Positions 18,180-28,469 are shown, counted from the stretch's first letter. The stretch: DNA of 64,000 nucleotides from an uncultured Bacteroidales bacterium (GCA_947167635.1 CAMVIT010000002.1:8754-72753); one strand, 5' to 3'. Notes: generated by a model not told the origin, from the letters alone. Program-made: numbers and translations.

Positions 18180-19802
18180 ATGAGTGAAACCCAAATATCG
18201 AAAGAGATTGTCATCACATCTCATGGCAATGAGGTACAGGTGGCCGTGCTGGAAGACAAGAAATTGATGGAGATTCATAGAGAGAAATCCTCCATGCAAT
18301 TTTCTGTGGGCGACATCTATTTGGGCAAGGTGAAGAAAATAATGCCGGGGCTCAACGCCGCATTTGTGGATGTGGGCAGCGACAAGGAGGCATTTCTGCA
18401 TTATTTGGACTTGGGTGTCAATGCGCGCACGGTCAATGCATTCGTGAGCCAGGCTGTCACGACAGGCAAACGCAGCATCAGTCGTGTGCAGTATTTGGAC
18501 GAAGTCCCCAAAAACGGGCGGATCAGCGATGTCATCACTTCGGGTCAGCAGTTGATGGTCCAGGTGGCCAAGGAGCCGATCTCCACAAAAGGCCCCCGCG
18601 TCACGACGGAGGTCTCTTTCGCGGGACGTTATCTCGTGTTGGTGCCCTTTAACGACAAAGTCACGATTTCCCAGAAAATACGCAGCGGCGAGGAACGCAA
18701 GCGACTCAAATCGCTTGTACAGGGCATCAAGCCCCGCAATTTCGGCGTCATTATCCGCACCAATGCGGAGCACCACACTGCCGAGGAACTGTCTGCCGAC
18801 CTTGACCACCTGCGTTACAAATGGGACACCGCTGTCGAGAACCTGTTCGCGTCCAAGCCCCCTGTGCGCGTGAGCCAAGAGGAAGATTGCATCTCCTCCC
18901 TGCTCCGCGAGATGCTGAACGACTCTTTCCAGGCCATCCATGTCGATACACCGGATGCCTTCAAGGAGGTGAAGAGTTTCGTGCATCTCTATTCTCCCGA
19001 CAAGGAGAATATCGTTAAACAATACAATGACAAGCAACCCATCTTCGAACGCTTCGGCGTCGCCAAGCAGATCAAGAGCTCCTTCGGCAAGGTGGTCACC
19101 GTGCGCAGCGGCGTTTATCTTATCATAGAACACACCGAGGCCATGCATGTCATTGACGTCAACAGCGGCAACCGGGTCAAGTCAAGCCAGACCCCGGAAG
19201 AGAATGCCCTGAACACCAATCTTATCGCCGCCGCTGAAATTGCCCGCCAACTCCGACTGCGTGACATGGGCGGCATTATCTGCATCGACTTTGTCGATCT
19301 GCACGATGCCAAAAACCGACTTGCCCTCTATAAGGCCATGGAAGAGTTCATGGCCAACGACAAAGCCAAACACACCATACTGCCCCTCAACAAGTTCTGC
19401 GTCATGCAGATCACACGTCAGCGCGTACGTCAAGCCACAATCATCGAAACCACCGAACAATGTCCGACCTGCCGAGGCACTGGCAAGGTGAAACCGCCCA
19501 TCCTGATTGAGGACGATTTGGCCAATATGCTGGAATTCCTGTTCGACAAACAGGGCGAGAAGGGCGCGACTATTATGGTACACCCCTTTGTGGCCGCATA
19601 CCTTAAACAAGGTTTCCCCTCCATTTTGATGAAATGGAGATGGAAATACAAGAAACGCATCAAATTGGTCGCAAACCATAGCTATCACTTGATGGAGCAC
19701 CACTTCTTCAATCTTGACAATGATGAAATCATGCTTTGGAGCGATTCAACGGTGAAGGAGGAAACTCCCCAAAAGAATCCCAAGGCCAAATCGAAAAAAT
19801 AA
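18180..19802 (+). CDS. Ribonuclease E/G family
   Basis: VGDIYLGKV..IMPGLNAAFVDVG, QVAKEPISTKGPR, IDVNSG, EIARQLRLRDMGGII.IDF, CPTC.GTG. Confidence 0.95.
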   Translation: MSETQISKEIVITSHGNEVQVAVLEDKKLMEIHREKSSMQFSVGDIYLGKVKKIMPGLNAAFVDVGSDKEAFLHYLDLGVNARTVNAFVSQAVTTGKRSISRVQYLDEVPKNGRISDVITSGQQLMVQVAKEPISTKGPRVTTEVSFAGRYLVLVPFNDKVTISQKIRSGEERKRLKSLVQGIKPRNFGVIIRTNAEHHTAEELSADLDHLRYKWDTAVENLFASKPPVRVSQEEDCISSLLREMLNDSFQAIHVDTPDAFKEVKSFVHLYSPDKENIVKQYNDKQPIFERFGVAKQIKSSFGKVVTVRSGVYLIIEHTEAMHVIDVNSGNRVKSSQTPEENALNTNLIAAAEIARQLRLRDMGGIICIDFVDLHDAKNRLALYKAMEEFMANDKAKHTILPLNKFCVMQITRQRVRQATIIETTEQCPTCRGTGKVKPPILIEDDLANMLEFLFDKQGEKGATIMVHPFVAAYLKQGFPSILMKWRWKYKKRIKLVANHSYHLMEHHFFNLDNDEIMLWSDSTVKEETPQKNPKAKSKK

Positions 19803-19826
19803 CCCAGCCCTGAAACAACTCGTAAC

Positions 19827-20267
19827 ATGGACGTGCCTGCCGAACTGCTCAGCCAATTGGAACGCTTCTGCGCCTTTCAGGAGCGCTGTGAGTTTGATGT
19901 CCGGAAAAAACTGACCACGATGCCGTGTTCCGTGGCCCAACGCGATGAGATTATCCGACGCCTGCGCGAGCACGACTTCCTCAATGAGGAGCGTTATGTT
20001 GACATTTTCGTGCGAAGCAAGTTGAACGACCAGTGGGGAAAGCTGAAGATCCGGCAGCATCTCTATGCCAAAAAGATTGAACCTCAATTGATAGACAATG
20101 CCTTGGATGCGGTGGACGAAGAGGAGTATGTTCAAATGCTGTCCAACACCATCGAGAAATGGAAACGCCAACATGCCGCCGATTGCAACGACAAGCCGAA
20201 ACTGGTGCGCTTCTTGCTGTCGCGTGGCTTTGGGATGAGTGAAATTCAAAATAGTATCAATTCATAA
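19827..20267 (+). CDS. recX: RecX family regulator
   Basis: FCAFQERC..DVRKKL, FLNEERY, WGKLKI, RFLLSRGF. Confidence 0.88.
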   Translation: MDVPAELLSQLERFCAFQERCEFDVRKKLTTMPCSVAQRDEIIRRLREHDFLNEERYVDIFVRSKLNDQWGKLKIRQHLYAKKIEPQLIDNALDAVDEEEYVQMLSNTIEKWKRQHAADCNDKPKLVRFLLSRGFGMSEIQNSINS

Positions 20268-20307
20268 TACGGCCAACGCCTTGTGCAGGCCCTGCAAAAA
20301 AAATAGT

Positions 20308-21397
20308 ATGACCACATCCGAACAAATCAAAAACCTTATAGCCAGGCTCGGTGAGCTAAGGAGGTATCTTTGACGTCGATGGCAAGAAATCCGAGATAGC
20401 GGAAAAGGAGCGTGCCACACAGCAGGACGACTTCTGGGACGATCCCAAGGCCGCGGAGAAGCTGATGCGGGAAATCAGCGCGCTGAAGACTTGGGTGCAG
20501 GACTATGCTGCAGCCGAGGAACTTTGTGACGAGCTTTCCGTCCTGGACGAGTTCCACGACGCGGGGGAGGCTACCGAACAGGAGGTTGACGCGGCGTATG
20601 CCAAGGCCCTCAAAGCCGTGGAGGCTCTTGAATTCCGGAATATGATGCGCGACGAGGAGGACTCCCTCAACGTCGTCATCAATATCAACTCGGGTGCGGG
20701 CGGCACCGAAAGTTGCGACTGGGCAGAGATGCTGTTGCGCATGTACACCCGCTGGGCAGAACGCAACAATTACTCCATCAAGTTGCTGGACCGCCAGGAA
20801 GGCGATGTGGTGGGCATCAAGTCGGTGTCTGTCGAATTGGACGGTCCCTACGCATACGGATACCTTAAGAGCGAGATCGGCGTTCACCGATTGGTGCGCC
20901 TCTCGCCGTTCGATGCGGCCAATCGTCGGCACACCACCTTCGCATCCGTCTTCGCATACCCTATCATCAACGATGACATCGTCATCGACATCAATCCCGC
21001 CGACATCAGCTGGGATACCTATCGCTCCAGCGGCCATGGCGGGCAGAATGTCAACAAGGTGGAAACGGCCGTGCGCCTTCACCACCATCCCTCCGGCATT
21101 ATCGTGGAATGCCAGGTCACCCGCTCGCAGATCCAGAACCGGGAAATGGCCATGCGCATGCTCAAGTCGCGCCTGTACCAGATTGAGCTGGAGAAGAAAC
21201 GTGAAAAATTGGCCGAGATAGAAGGCACCAAGAAAAGGATAGAGTGGGGGAGCCAAATCCGCAGTTATGTGCTGCAACCCTATAAGATGGTCAAGGACCT
21301 TCGCACAGGCTATGAGACCGGAAATGTCAACGCAGTGCTGGATGGAGACTTGGATGAATTCATCAAAGCTTACCTGATGAGCGGAGGCAAAAAATGA
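20308..21397 (+). CDS. prfB: Peptide chain release factor 2 with programmed +1 frameshift
   Basis: ORF0 [21 protein letters not shown] ends at CTT TGA (20368-20373). The +1 frame continues DVDGKK...DFWDDP and contains SPF and GGQ. Confidence 0.97.
20359..20374 (+). promoter_or_regulatory. prfB frameshift cassette
   Basis: AGGAGG TAT CTT TGA C: internal SD, 3-nt spacer, slippery CTT-T and a UGA-C stop. Confidence 0.95.
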
Positions 21398-21509
21398 CCG
21401 GTTTTCTTTGTTGATAAAAAGTAACAAGTTTTTTTGCAGTTTACGCAAACAGTATATACTTTTGCAGTCAGACAATTAAAAACCTAAAATCTACAAATAT
21501 CAGCAAGTT

Positions 21510-22442
21510 ATGGATTACGAATACGTTTTAGTTGCGGGTCGAGCCAACCCTGAACTGGCAAGACGCATTGCAGAACATCTGCAAAAACCCTTGTTCCCTG
21601 TGGATATCCTCCAATTCAAGGATGGTGAAATCCAGGTCTATTTCAATGACACCATCAGGGGAAAGAATGTTTTTCTCATCCAACCGACCTTCGCACCGTC
21701 TGACAACATTATCGAATTGCTCATCACGATTGATGCCGCGAAGCGCGCTTCCGCACGCAACATCGTGGCGGTTATGCCCTATTTCGGCTATGCGCGTCAG
21801 GACCGCAAAGACAAGCCACGTACCTCCATCGGGGCCAAATTGATGTGTAACCTGCTCACCGCGGCCGGTGTCACGCGCGTGATCACCATGGACCTGCATG
21901 CTGACCAGATCCAGGGATTCTTTGAGGTGCCGGTTGACCATCTTTTCGCCTCCAATGTTTTCATTCCCTTTGTGAAAGCCATGAATCTTGAGAACCTTTG
22001 CATCGCCTCTCCCGACACGGGCGGCACCAAACGTGCCTCCACGTATGCCAAGGCCCTCAATTGCGACTTGGTTATAGGCTACAAACACCGTGAGAAGCAG
22101 AATGAAGTGGCAACCCTTCAAATCCTCGGTGATGTTCAGGACAAGAATGTCATTATTGTGGATGATATCATCGACACCGCCGGCACGCTCTGCAAGGCGG
22201 CTGCCCGCATCAAGGAGATGGGTGCCAAGAGCGTCCGCGCCATGTGTGCGCACGGCCTCTTCTCCGGCAACGCCATCGAGAACATCGAGAACTCCGTCCT
22301 TGACGAGGTGCTCATTACCGACTCCATTCCGTTCCGCAAAAAATGCGACAGGATCAAAGTGGTCTCCGTCTCCGAACTTATGGCAAAAGTTATCCAAAGC
22401 GTTGTGGACGACACCTCCATCTCGACGCACTACTATGTGTAA
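21510..22442 (+). CDS. prs: Ribose-phosphate pyrophosphokinase
   Basis: FKDGEI, PYFGYARQDRK, DLHADQIQGFF, SPDTGG, VDDIIDTAGT. -7 box TACTTTTG at 21457-21464. Confidence 0.97.
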   Translation: MDYEYVLVAGRANPELARRIAEHLQKPLFPVDILQFKDGEIQVYFNDTIRGKNVFLIQPTFAPSDNIIELLITIDAAKRASARNIVAVMPYFGYARQDRKDKPRTSIGAKLMCNLLTAAGVTRVITMDLHADQIQGFFEVPVDHLFASNVFIPFVKAMNLENLCIASPDTGGTKRASTYAKALNCDLVIGYKHREKQNEVATLQILGDVQDKNVIIVDDIIDTAGTLCKAAARIKEMGAKSVRAMCAHGLFSGNAIENIENSVLDEVLITDSIPFRKKCDRIKVVSVSELMAKVIQSVVDDTSISTHYYV

Positions 22443-22484
22443 TAACCCGAAATTCATAAAATTCCAAATTTCTGACTGTTTCTG

Positions 22485-24971
22485 ATGCTTAGATTGCACG
22501 ACAAGATCGCCATTCAATGTGCGGACAGGAGATACACATACGACGACCTTTCGCGTTATGCGCAATGCTATGCCGATGCGTATGGCTCGATCGGAAAGGA
22601 GTCCAAAGTGGCCATCTTCGCCCCCAACTCTCCGGAATGGATTTTCGCGTTTTATGGCATCATCCATGCCAAGGCCATAGCCGTTCCCATTGATGAGCTG
22701 GCCACACCCGACGAGCTGGCGTATGTGCTGAAGGATGCCCTCCCCGATGTCTTGGTGACAACCTCGGAACGGTGTGCTTCGGTGCAGAAGGTGCTCCATG
22801 AGTCAGGTGTGCCAACCCGTGTGGTTGTGATGGAAGAGGTTCCCGTGGCAAACGTGAACGAGCGTGTCCCGATGGACATCCCCGCCGGGGAACCCGACGA
22901 CGTGGTGCTGATCATCTACACCTCAGGCACGGCCGGCACTCCCAAGGGCGTGATGCTGACCTATCGCAACATCCTCTACAATGTGGATGCCGTCTCCAAG
23001 AGCGTCCACATCTTCGACCCGGAACGCAATGTGATGATTCTGCTGCCCTTGCACCATGCTTTCCCGTTAATGGGCTCGATGGTGGCCCCGCTGCGGGTGG
23101 GCGCCACCGTGGTCATCGCGAGCAAACTCAATGCCGAAAGTGTGCTGCAAACCCTCAATGACGGCAAAATCTGCATCATCATCGGTGTGCCCCGACTCTA
23201 CGACCTGTTGGCCAAGGGCGTGATGTCCAAAATCAATGAACGGCGTATCACGCGCTGGCTCTACAAGATGGTGAACGCCATCGGATGGCAATGGCTCTCC
23301 AAGACGGTTTTCGCGGTGGTGCACAAGAAATTCGGCGGCCACATCAAATTCCTGGTCTCCGGCGGGGCTGCACTCTCCATTGAGACCGCACGCATCTATA
23401 AAGCATTGGGGTTCTATGTGCTGGAAGGCTATGGCATGACGGAGACGGCACCCATGATCAGCTTCACCCGCCCCGGCGGACGTAAGATCGGCTATGCGGG
23501 TCATCCGCTGCCGGGCATTGAGGTCCGCATTGACGACAATGGAGAGGTCTGTGTGCGTGGCGACAACGTGATGGCCGGTTACTACCACCGCGAAGAGGAG
23601 ACCGAGGCTGTCATTCGGGACGGATGGCTCCATACCGGCGACACGGGAATCCTCGACAAGTACGGGCTCAAGCTCACAGGACGCATCAAAGACATTATTG
23701 TCACCTCTAACGGCAAGAATATCAATCCCGAAGAGATTGAAAACGCTCTGTCTAAACACTATGCCTGTATCAAGGAGGTCGGTGTGTGCGCACCCGACGG
23801 CATCCTTACGGCTATTGTAGTGCCTGAGATGAGTGCCGTGCGTGATGACACCGGACGCTCGCTCGACGACACTGTGCGCGATGCTATTCTGGACTACAAC
23901 AAAAACGCTGTCACATACAAGCGACTGCGCAATTTCCATGTGATCTCCACAGAGTTGCCCAAAACAAAGTTGGGTAAACTGCAGCGGTTCCTGCTCGAAC
24001 CGTTGCTGGAAAAGAATCAGGAAGAGAAACCTGCTGAATCGGAGATGGAGAGTCTGGGCGAGACCTACGACTTGCTGAAACAATTTGTGGATGCTGAGAC
24101 AGGGACTTCCGCCGCCCCGGATTCTCATTTCGAAATCGACCTTGCCATGGATTCGCTTACGCGTGTGGCCCTGTTGGCATATGTGGAGAGCACATTTGAC
24201 GTGAAGATAACGCCCAACCAGTTGGAGGAGTGCAGCACACTGCGTACCTTGACGGAGCTTATTGAAACCCAAACCCATGCCACCCATTCCAATCAAAAAT
24301 CATGGCGGGAGATACTATTGGATAAAATATCTCAAGTAAGGCTGAATAAACCAGGTGTAACACACTGGTGTGTAGATGCTTTCATTCGCTGTGCCATGCC
24401 TGTCGTCTATAAAATCAAAGGTCAGGGAATGGAGAATATTCCTCAGGATCCTTGTTTGATGATTGCCAACCACCGCAGTTACATGGACGCCCCAAGCATT
24501 ATCTCCCAATTGACAGTCGCGCAGTCTCGAAGAACCTATTTCTTTGCCAAGGCAAAGCACTGGCGTTCCAAGTTCATGGCATTCATGGCCAAGAAGAACA
24601 ACTTGATTCTCATGGATATCAACCAGAATGTCACCGCCGCCTTGCAGCAGGTGGCGGCTGCTTTGATGCGAGGCAAGAATGTTATCATCTTCCCGGAGGG
24701 TACCCGTTCCAAGGATGGCAAGTTGGGCAAGTTCAAGGAGACATTCGCCATCATCAGCCAAGCTTTGAATGTGCCGATTGTCCCTCTTGTGATAGAAGGG
24801 ACCGAACGCGCATTGGGACGTTGGGGCAAATTGCCATATTTCCGGTTCAGATTCCCCATCAGCGTGCGTTTTTTAAAACCGGTGTATCCACTTCCCGGTG
24901 ATGAACCCAAGTCCACACGCGATTATGTGTTCAGCATTTTCCAGGACGCTTTGAAGGAAAAGAAAGAGTAG
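22485..24971 (+). CDS. Fusion protein: long-chain acyl adenylation domain + acyl carrier domain + PlsC-type acyltransferase
   Basis: YTSGTAGTPKG, EGYGMTE, WLHTGD, GKNINPEEIE; carrier motif LAMDSL; NHRSYMD (HX4D) and FPEGTRS. Confidence 0.9.
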   Translation: MLRLHDKIAIQCADRRYTYDDLSRYAQCYADAYGSIGKESKVAIFAPNSPEWIFAFYGIIHAKAIAVPIDELATPDELAYVLKDALPDVLVTTSERCASVQKVLHESGVPTRVVVMEEVPVANVNERVPMDIPAGEPDDVVLIIYTSGTAGTPKGVMLTYRNILYNVDAVSKSVHIFDPERNVMILLPLHHAFPLMGSMVAPLRVGATVVIASKLNAESVLQTLNDGKICIIIGVPRLYDLLAKGVMSKINERRITRWLYKMVNAIGWQWLSKTVFAVVHKKFGGHIKFLVSGGAALSIETARIYKALGFYVLEGYGMTETAPMISFTRPGGRKIGYAGHPLPGIEVRIDDNGEVCVRGDNVMAGYYHREEETEAVIRDGWLHTGDTGILDKYGLKLTGRIKDIIVTSNGKNINPEEIENALSKHYACIKEVGVCAPDGILTAIVVPEMSAVRDDTGRSLDDTVRDAILDYNKNAVTYKRLRNFHVISTELPKTKLGKLQRFLLEPLLEKNQEEKPAESEMESLGETYDLLKQFVDAETGTSAAPDSHFEIDLAMDSLTRVALLAYVESTFDVKITPNQLEECSTLRTLTELIETQTHATHSNQKSWREILLDKISQVRLNKPGVTHWCVDAFIRCAMPVVYKIKGQGMENIPQDPCLMIANHRSYMDAPSIISQLTVAQSRRTYFFAKAKHWRSKFMAFMAKKNNLILMDINQNVTAALQQVAAALMRGKNVIIFPEGTRSKDGKLGKFKETFAIISQALNVPIVPLVIEGTERALGRWGKLPYFRFRFPISVRFLKPVYPLPGDEPKSTRDYVFSIFQDALKEKKE

Positions 24972-25058
24972 GGGAGGTTCCGCCACACGGTGGCTTTCTG
25001 CCGTGGCCGGAAACTATAGGGCGTGTGGCGGAATGGTGCGGCAGAAATGCAGACCTAC
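24968..25058. repeat. REP-like intergenic element with two interleaved inverted repeats
   Basis: GTAGG (24968) ... CCTAC (25058) ends; TTCCGCCACACG (24978-24989)/CGTGTGGCGGAA (25022-25033); TTTCTGCCG (24995-25003)/CGGCAGAAA (25039-25047). Confidence 0.65.
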
Positions 25059-25102
25059 GGCCTGTACTACATACGCCATGCCATCGCCATCCACCTCAAC
25101 AG

Positions 25103-25130
25103 ATCACTCTTCACTGATCACTGCTCACTG
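25103..25130. repeat. Four tandem heptamers (nTCACTG-type)
   Basis: ATCACTC TTCACTG ATCACTG CTCACTG directly behind the cutC stop codon. Confidence 0.8.
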
Positions 25131-25132
25131 GC

Positions 25133-25807
25133 TTATAGGGCGTTGTCAATCAGTTGTCTGACCTTAGTCCCATCGGTCTCGTTGTAGCCGCCCGGCATGG
25201 CGTGCTTGCAAGAACCGTGCACCTCTTTTACGCCGGTTGTGTCAATGAGCGACCGCACGTTGTCGGGTGTGACGCCGCCACCGGCCAGGATGGTGATGCG
25301 ACTGCCTGCGCGTTCCACAATCTGCCGCAGGTTCCCGGCACCTTCCTCCACGGTGGGCATGCATCCGGAGGTGAGGATGCGAGCACACCCGCAACTGATG
25401 ACTTGTTCCAAGGAGTGCTGCCAGTCGGGACAACGGTCGAAGGCCCGGTGGAAGGTAACGGGCAGGGGAGCGGCAAGTTCCACGAACCGACGGGTCAGCG
25501 CGGTGTCGATGTTGCCCTCCTGTGTGAGAAAGCCCACCACGATGCCGGCAACGCCCAATTGCTTGCAGATGCGCACATCTTCCGCCATGGTCTCTATCTC
25601 CATGTCATTATAGCAAAAATCGCCGGAACGGGGGCGGATCAGGACGAAGACATCGAGCTTGAGATTCTCCACGCAGTGCCGGATGGCGGCATACGAGGGG
25701 GTGGTCCCTCCGTTTTCCAGGTCTTGGCACAGCTCGATACGCGTGGCACCGGCCGCCTTGGCGTTGGCGGCCGACTGGATGGAGTTGCAGCAGATTTCTA
25801 TATTCAT
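25133..25807 (-). CDS. cutC: Copper homeostasis protein CutC family
   Basis: IEICC, RIELC..L..GGTTPS, LIRPRSGDFCY, TFHRAFD, RILTSG, GGGV. Confidence 0.95.
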   Translation of the reverse strand: MNIEICCNSIQSAANAKAAGATRIELCQDLENGGTTPSYAAIRHCVENLKLDVFVLIRPRSGDFCYNDMEIETMAEDVRICKQLGVAGIVVGFLTQEGNIDTALTRRFVELAAPLPVTFHRAFDRCPDWQHSLEQVISCGCARILTSGCMPTVEEGAGNLRQIVERAGSRITILAGGGVTPDNVRSLIDTTGVKEVHGSCKHAMPGGYNETDGTKVRQLIDNAL

Positions 25808-25817
25808 GTTGGCAGAA

Positions 25818-26999
25818 TTATTGCACGGCAAGAAGAAGCCCCTTGAGATACTCGCCTTCAGGATGATAGATGCTTACGGGATGGTCAAGGGCATGTTGCA
25901 TCTGGTGAATCACACGCACGTTTTTATGCTCCATGGCGGCGGCGGAGAAGGCAATGGTCCGGAAATCATCCATGCTGATGGCTTGGGAACAGGAAAAAGT
26001 GAAGAGCAGTCCGCCTGGCTTGAGCTTGTCCATGGCCTTGCGGTTGATGTTGCGATACCCCTTGATGCCCTGCTCCTTGACACGATGGTGCTTGGCGAAG
26101 GCGGGCGGATCGAGGACAATGAGGTCGTACTGCCGGGATGGGGTCTCCTCCAAAAATTGGAACACATCGGCGCAATGTGCCGCGTGACGGGCTTGGGCCT
26201 CGTTGCCGAGGAGCTTGATGTTGCTTTCTGTCAGTTCAATGGCCTTTCGGGAAATGTCCACGGAATCCACATGGGTGGCACCTCCGCGCAGAGCGTATGT
26301 GGAAAAGCCGCCGGAATAGCAAAACATGTTGAGCACACGGCGGTTTTTTGACAAGGTGCCTACCATGGCACGGTTGTCGCGTTGGTCCAGAAAGAAGCCT
26401 GTCTTTTGCCCGCCTGGAATGTCAATGTGGAACGTGATGCCGTTCTCCCGGGCCGTGACGGCTCCCAAGTCCCCGTAAAGCAATTCGTCTTGCGGCTCAA
26501 AGTCCACCATGTCGTTGAGCGTGAGTCCGCTTTTGTTGTATATGGAGCGAAGGTCCGGAATCAATTCGCACAGAATCTTTACAAAGATGTCCTTGAGCAA
26601 ATACATGCCGTAGGAGTGGAACTGCATGACGGCGTTGTGATCGTAGATGTCGATGATGAGGCCGGGCAGACCATCGCCTTCTCCGTTCACCAAACGATAC
26701 ATGGTGGTGGCGGGATTGTCGGTCAGTCCAATGGATTGTCGGAAGTGTATCGCATTTGCGATCTTTTCTTTCCAGAAGTTGTAATCAGGTTCAACAGGCT
26801 CAAAGGAGAAGACACGGACGGCGATGGAGCTGTCGTTGAAGTGCCCCAAGGCAAGGAATGCCCCCGAATGGTCGCACACTTCCACGATGTCGCCGTCTTC
26901 AATGCCTTTGTCCACCTTCGACAAGGCGCCGGAGAACACCCACGGGTGAAATCGCAGCAACGATTTTTCTTTTCCTTTGTGCAGTATTATTTTTTTCAT
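25818..26999 (-). CDS. rlmI: RlmI-like class I SAM rRNA (m5C) methyltransferase
   Basis: HPWVFSG, RLVNGEGDGLPGLIID, GQKTGFFLDQRDNR, LNMFCYSGGF, LDPPAF, YLKG. Confidence 0.9.
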   Translation of the reverse strand: MKKIILHKGKEKSLLRFHPWVFSGALSKVDKGIEDGDIVEVCDHSGAFLALGHFNDSSIAVRVFSFEPVEPDYNFWKEKIANAIHFRQSIGLTDNPATTMYRLVNGEGDGLPGLIIDIYDHNAVMQFHSYGMYLLKDIFVKILCELIPDLRSIYNKSGLTLNDMVDFEPQDELLYGDLGAVTARENGITFHIDIPGGQKTGFFLDQRDNRAMVGTLSKNRRVLNMFCYSGGFSTYALRGGATHVDSVDISRKAIELTESNIKLLGNEAQARHAAHCADVFQFLEETPSRQYDLIVLDPPAFAKHHRVKEQGIKGYRNINRKAMDKLKPGGLLFTFSCSQAISMDDFRTIAFSAAAMEHKNVRVIHQMQHALDHPVSIYHPEGEYLKGLLLAVQ

Positions 27000-27035
27000 T
27001 GTATGCAAACTGTGACGTGTAATCCTGAAGTTCCA

Positions 27036-28244
27036 TTAGAATAGCGGCAGCCCGAGGATCGTGGCGAATATGGAGCCTAAATAGGTGCCGATGGCATACC
27101 CCACCAATCCGATGGCGATACCGCTGATGAGCACCTTGCGGTTTCCGATGGCTTCCACCACGGGTGGCACGAATGGCGGTGAGCAGAGCAAACTGATGTG
27201 CCCCACTGTGAAGAGGTCGCCGCTCACCTTTGATGCCCGGCAGAAAAGCAAGTGCAACACAATGGAGGTGACCATGACGAACAAAATGTACCACATGATT
27301 GTCAAGGAGGAACTGTCGATCTTCGTCACATCGAACTTGGAGGCCACCACGACACTGAAAACCAAGATGAAAAACATGCCTAACTCGAAAGTCTTGGGCA
27401 ATTCCCTGATTTTCTTGCTGAAAGAGGCGATGATGGCCAGTGTGGTGATGGTTAAGATGACAATCAGTTCGTTGATCTTGTGGACAATAAGCAGGGAAAG
27501 GCCGACACCAATGCCAAGCATGAGTATGGAGAGCAACAGTCCGAGCATCATTTTCCCGAAGGTCTTGGACTGGAGCATGCCGTGGTAGTTTTCAAATGTG
27601 CTTTCGGAGATATGTTCTGAGTTGACATCCTCTTCAATCGAAGTCTCGTCCTTGAATGGTAAGAATTTGCGGAAAACCTTGTAGCCGCCAGCGAGGATGA
27701 AGATGATGAAGGGAAGGGTGACAATCTCCTCGAAGGCCAAGGTTATGCTGATGGTGTTGGGGTCGGCGTGGACCATCTCGCCCAAGGCTGCAAAGTTGAG
27801 CGTGCCGCCTGTGTAGATGCCCGTCATCATGACAGCCACCTTCTTGAACTCATCGGCAGAGCCGAAATCATGGTTGCGGAAGATGAAATAGCCGGCCACC
27901 AGGGCGACAGTTACCGAAAGAACGCCGCCTACCAATACGGCCAGCGTCTTGGGCAGCGACTTTGTCCACAGCTTGAAATCGGAATTGAAAAGCATCAACG
28001 GAATGGCCAACGGCACGCAGACGCTCATCAGGTTGCTTTGTATGGAGGAGAATGTCGTGAAACTCTCCGTCCCTTCCGCAGGAAAGAAATTGAAAGCCGT
28101 GTTCAGCAATGCAATGATGATGCCTACAGCGTAGGCCAAAATGACGGTGCCCACTTTCTGGGCCCATTTATAGCGATTGAACAAGAGGATGATCAGGATG
28201 GGGAATATGAAATACCCCGCAAGCATTAAGTAAGAACAAATCAT
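27036..28244 (-). CDS. DUF819 family membrane protein
   Basis: Many TM helices; VPLAIPLMLF, GIYTGGTLNFAAL, SPPFVP, GYAIGTYLG. Confidence 0.85.
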   Translation of the reverse strand: MICSYLMLAGYFIFPILIILLFNRYKWAQKVGTVILAYAVGIIIALLNTAFNFFPAEGTESFTTFSSIQSNLMSVCVPLAIPLMLFNSDFKLWTKSLPKTLAVLVGGVLSVTVALVAGYFIFRNHDFGSADEFKKVAVMMTGIYTGGTLNFAALGEMVHADPNTISITLAFEEIVTLPFIIFILAGGYKVFRKFLPFKDETSIEEDVNSEHISESTFENYHGMLQSKTFGKMMLGLLLSILMLGIGVGLSLLIVHKINELIVILTITTLAIIASFSKKIRELPKTFELGMFFILVFSVVVASKFDVTKIDSSSLTIMWYILFVMVTSIVLHLLFCRASKVSGDLFTVGHISLLCSPPFVPPVVEAIGNRKVLISGIAIGLVGYAIGTYLGSIFATILGLPLF

Positions 28245-28266
28245 GGGCGTGTGTTTTATGACGGTG

Positions 28267-28409
28267 CAAATATACAATTTTTTGAAAGTGGTTTTATGCG
28301 TTTTTTTTCCAGACATGGAATGACGATGCCACCAATCTTCTTTCCATTTGTCTTTTTTGTCGAGATTGTTATCACAAGGGGTTTTATTGAAATTAAAATT
28401 GTACCTTTG
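28267..28409. promoter_or_regulatory. Divergent -7 boxes (DUF819 gene / carboxyltransferase gene)
   Basis: TATATTTG (minus, 28267-28274) and TACCTTTG (plus, 28402-28409). Confidence 0.7.
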
Positions 28410-28469
28410 CACGCTCGTGAAAATGCGGGTAGATTATAATGTAAGTATCTGATTAATAATAGTAAAACT

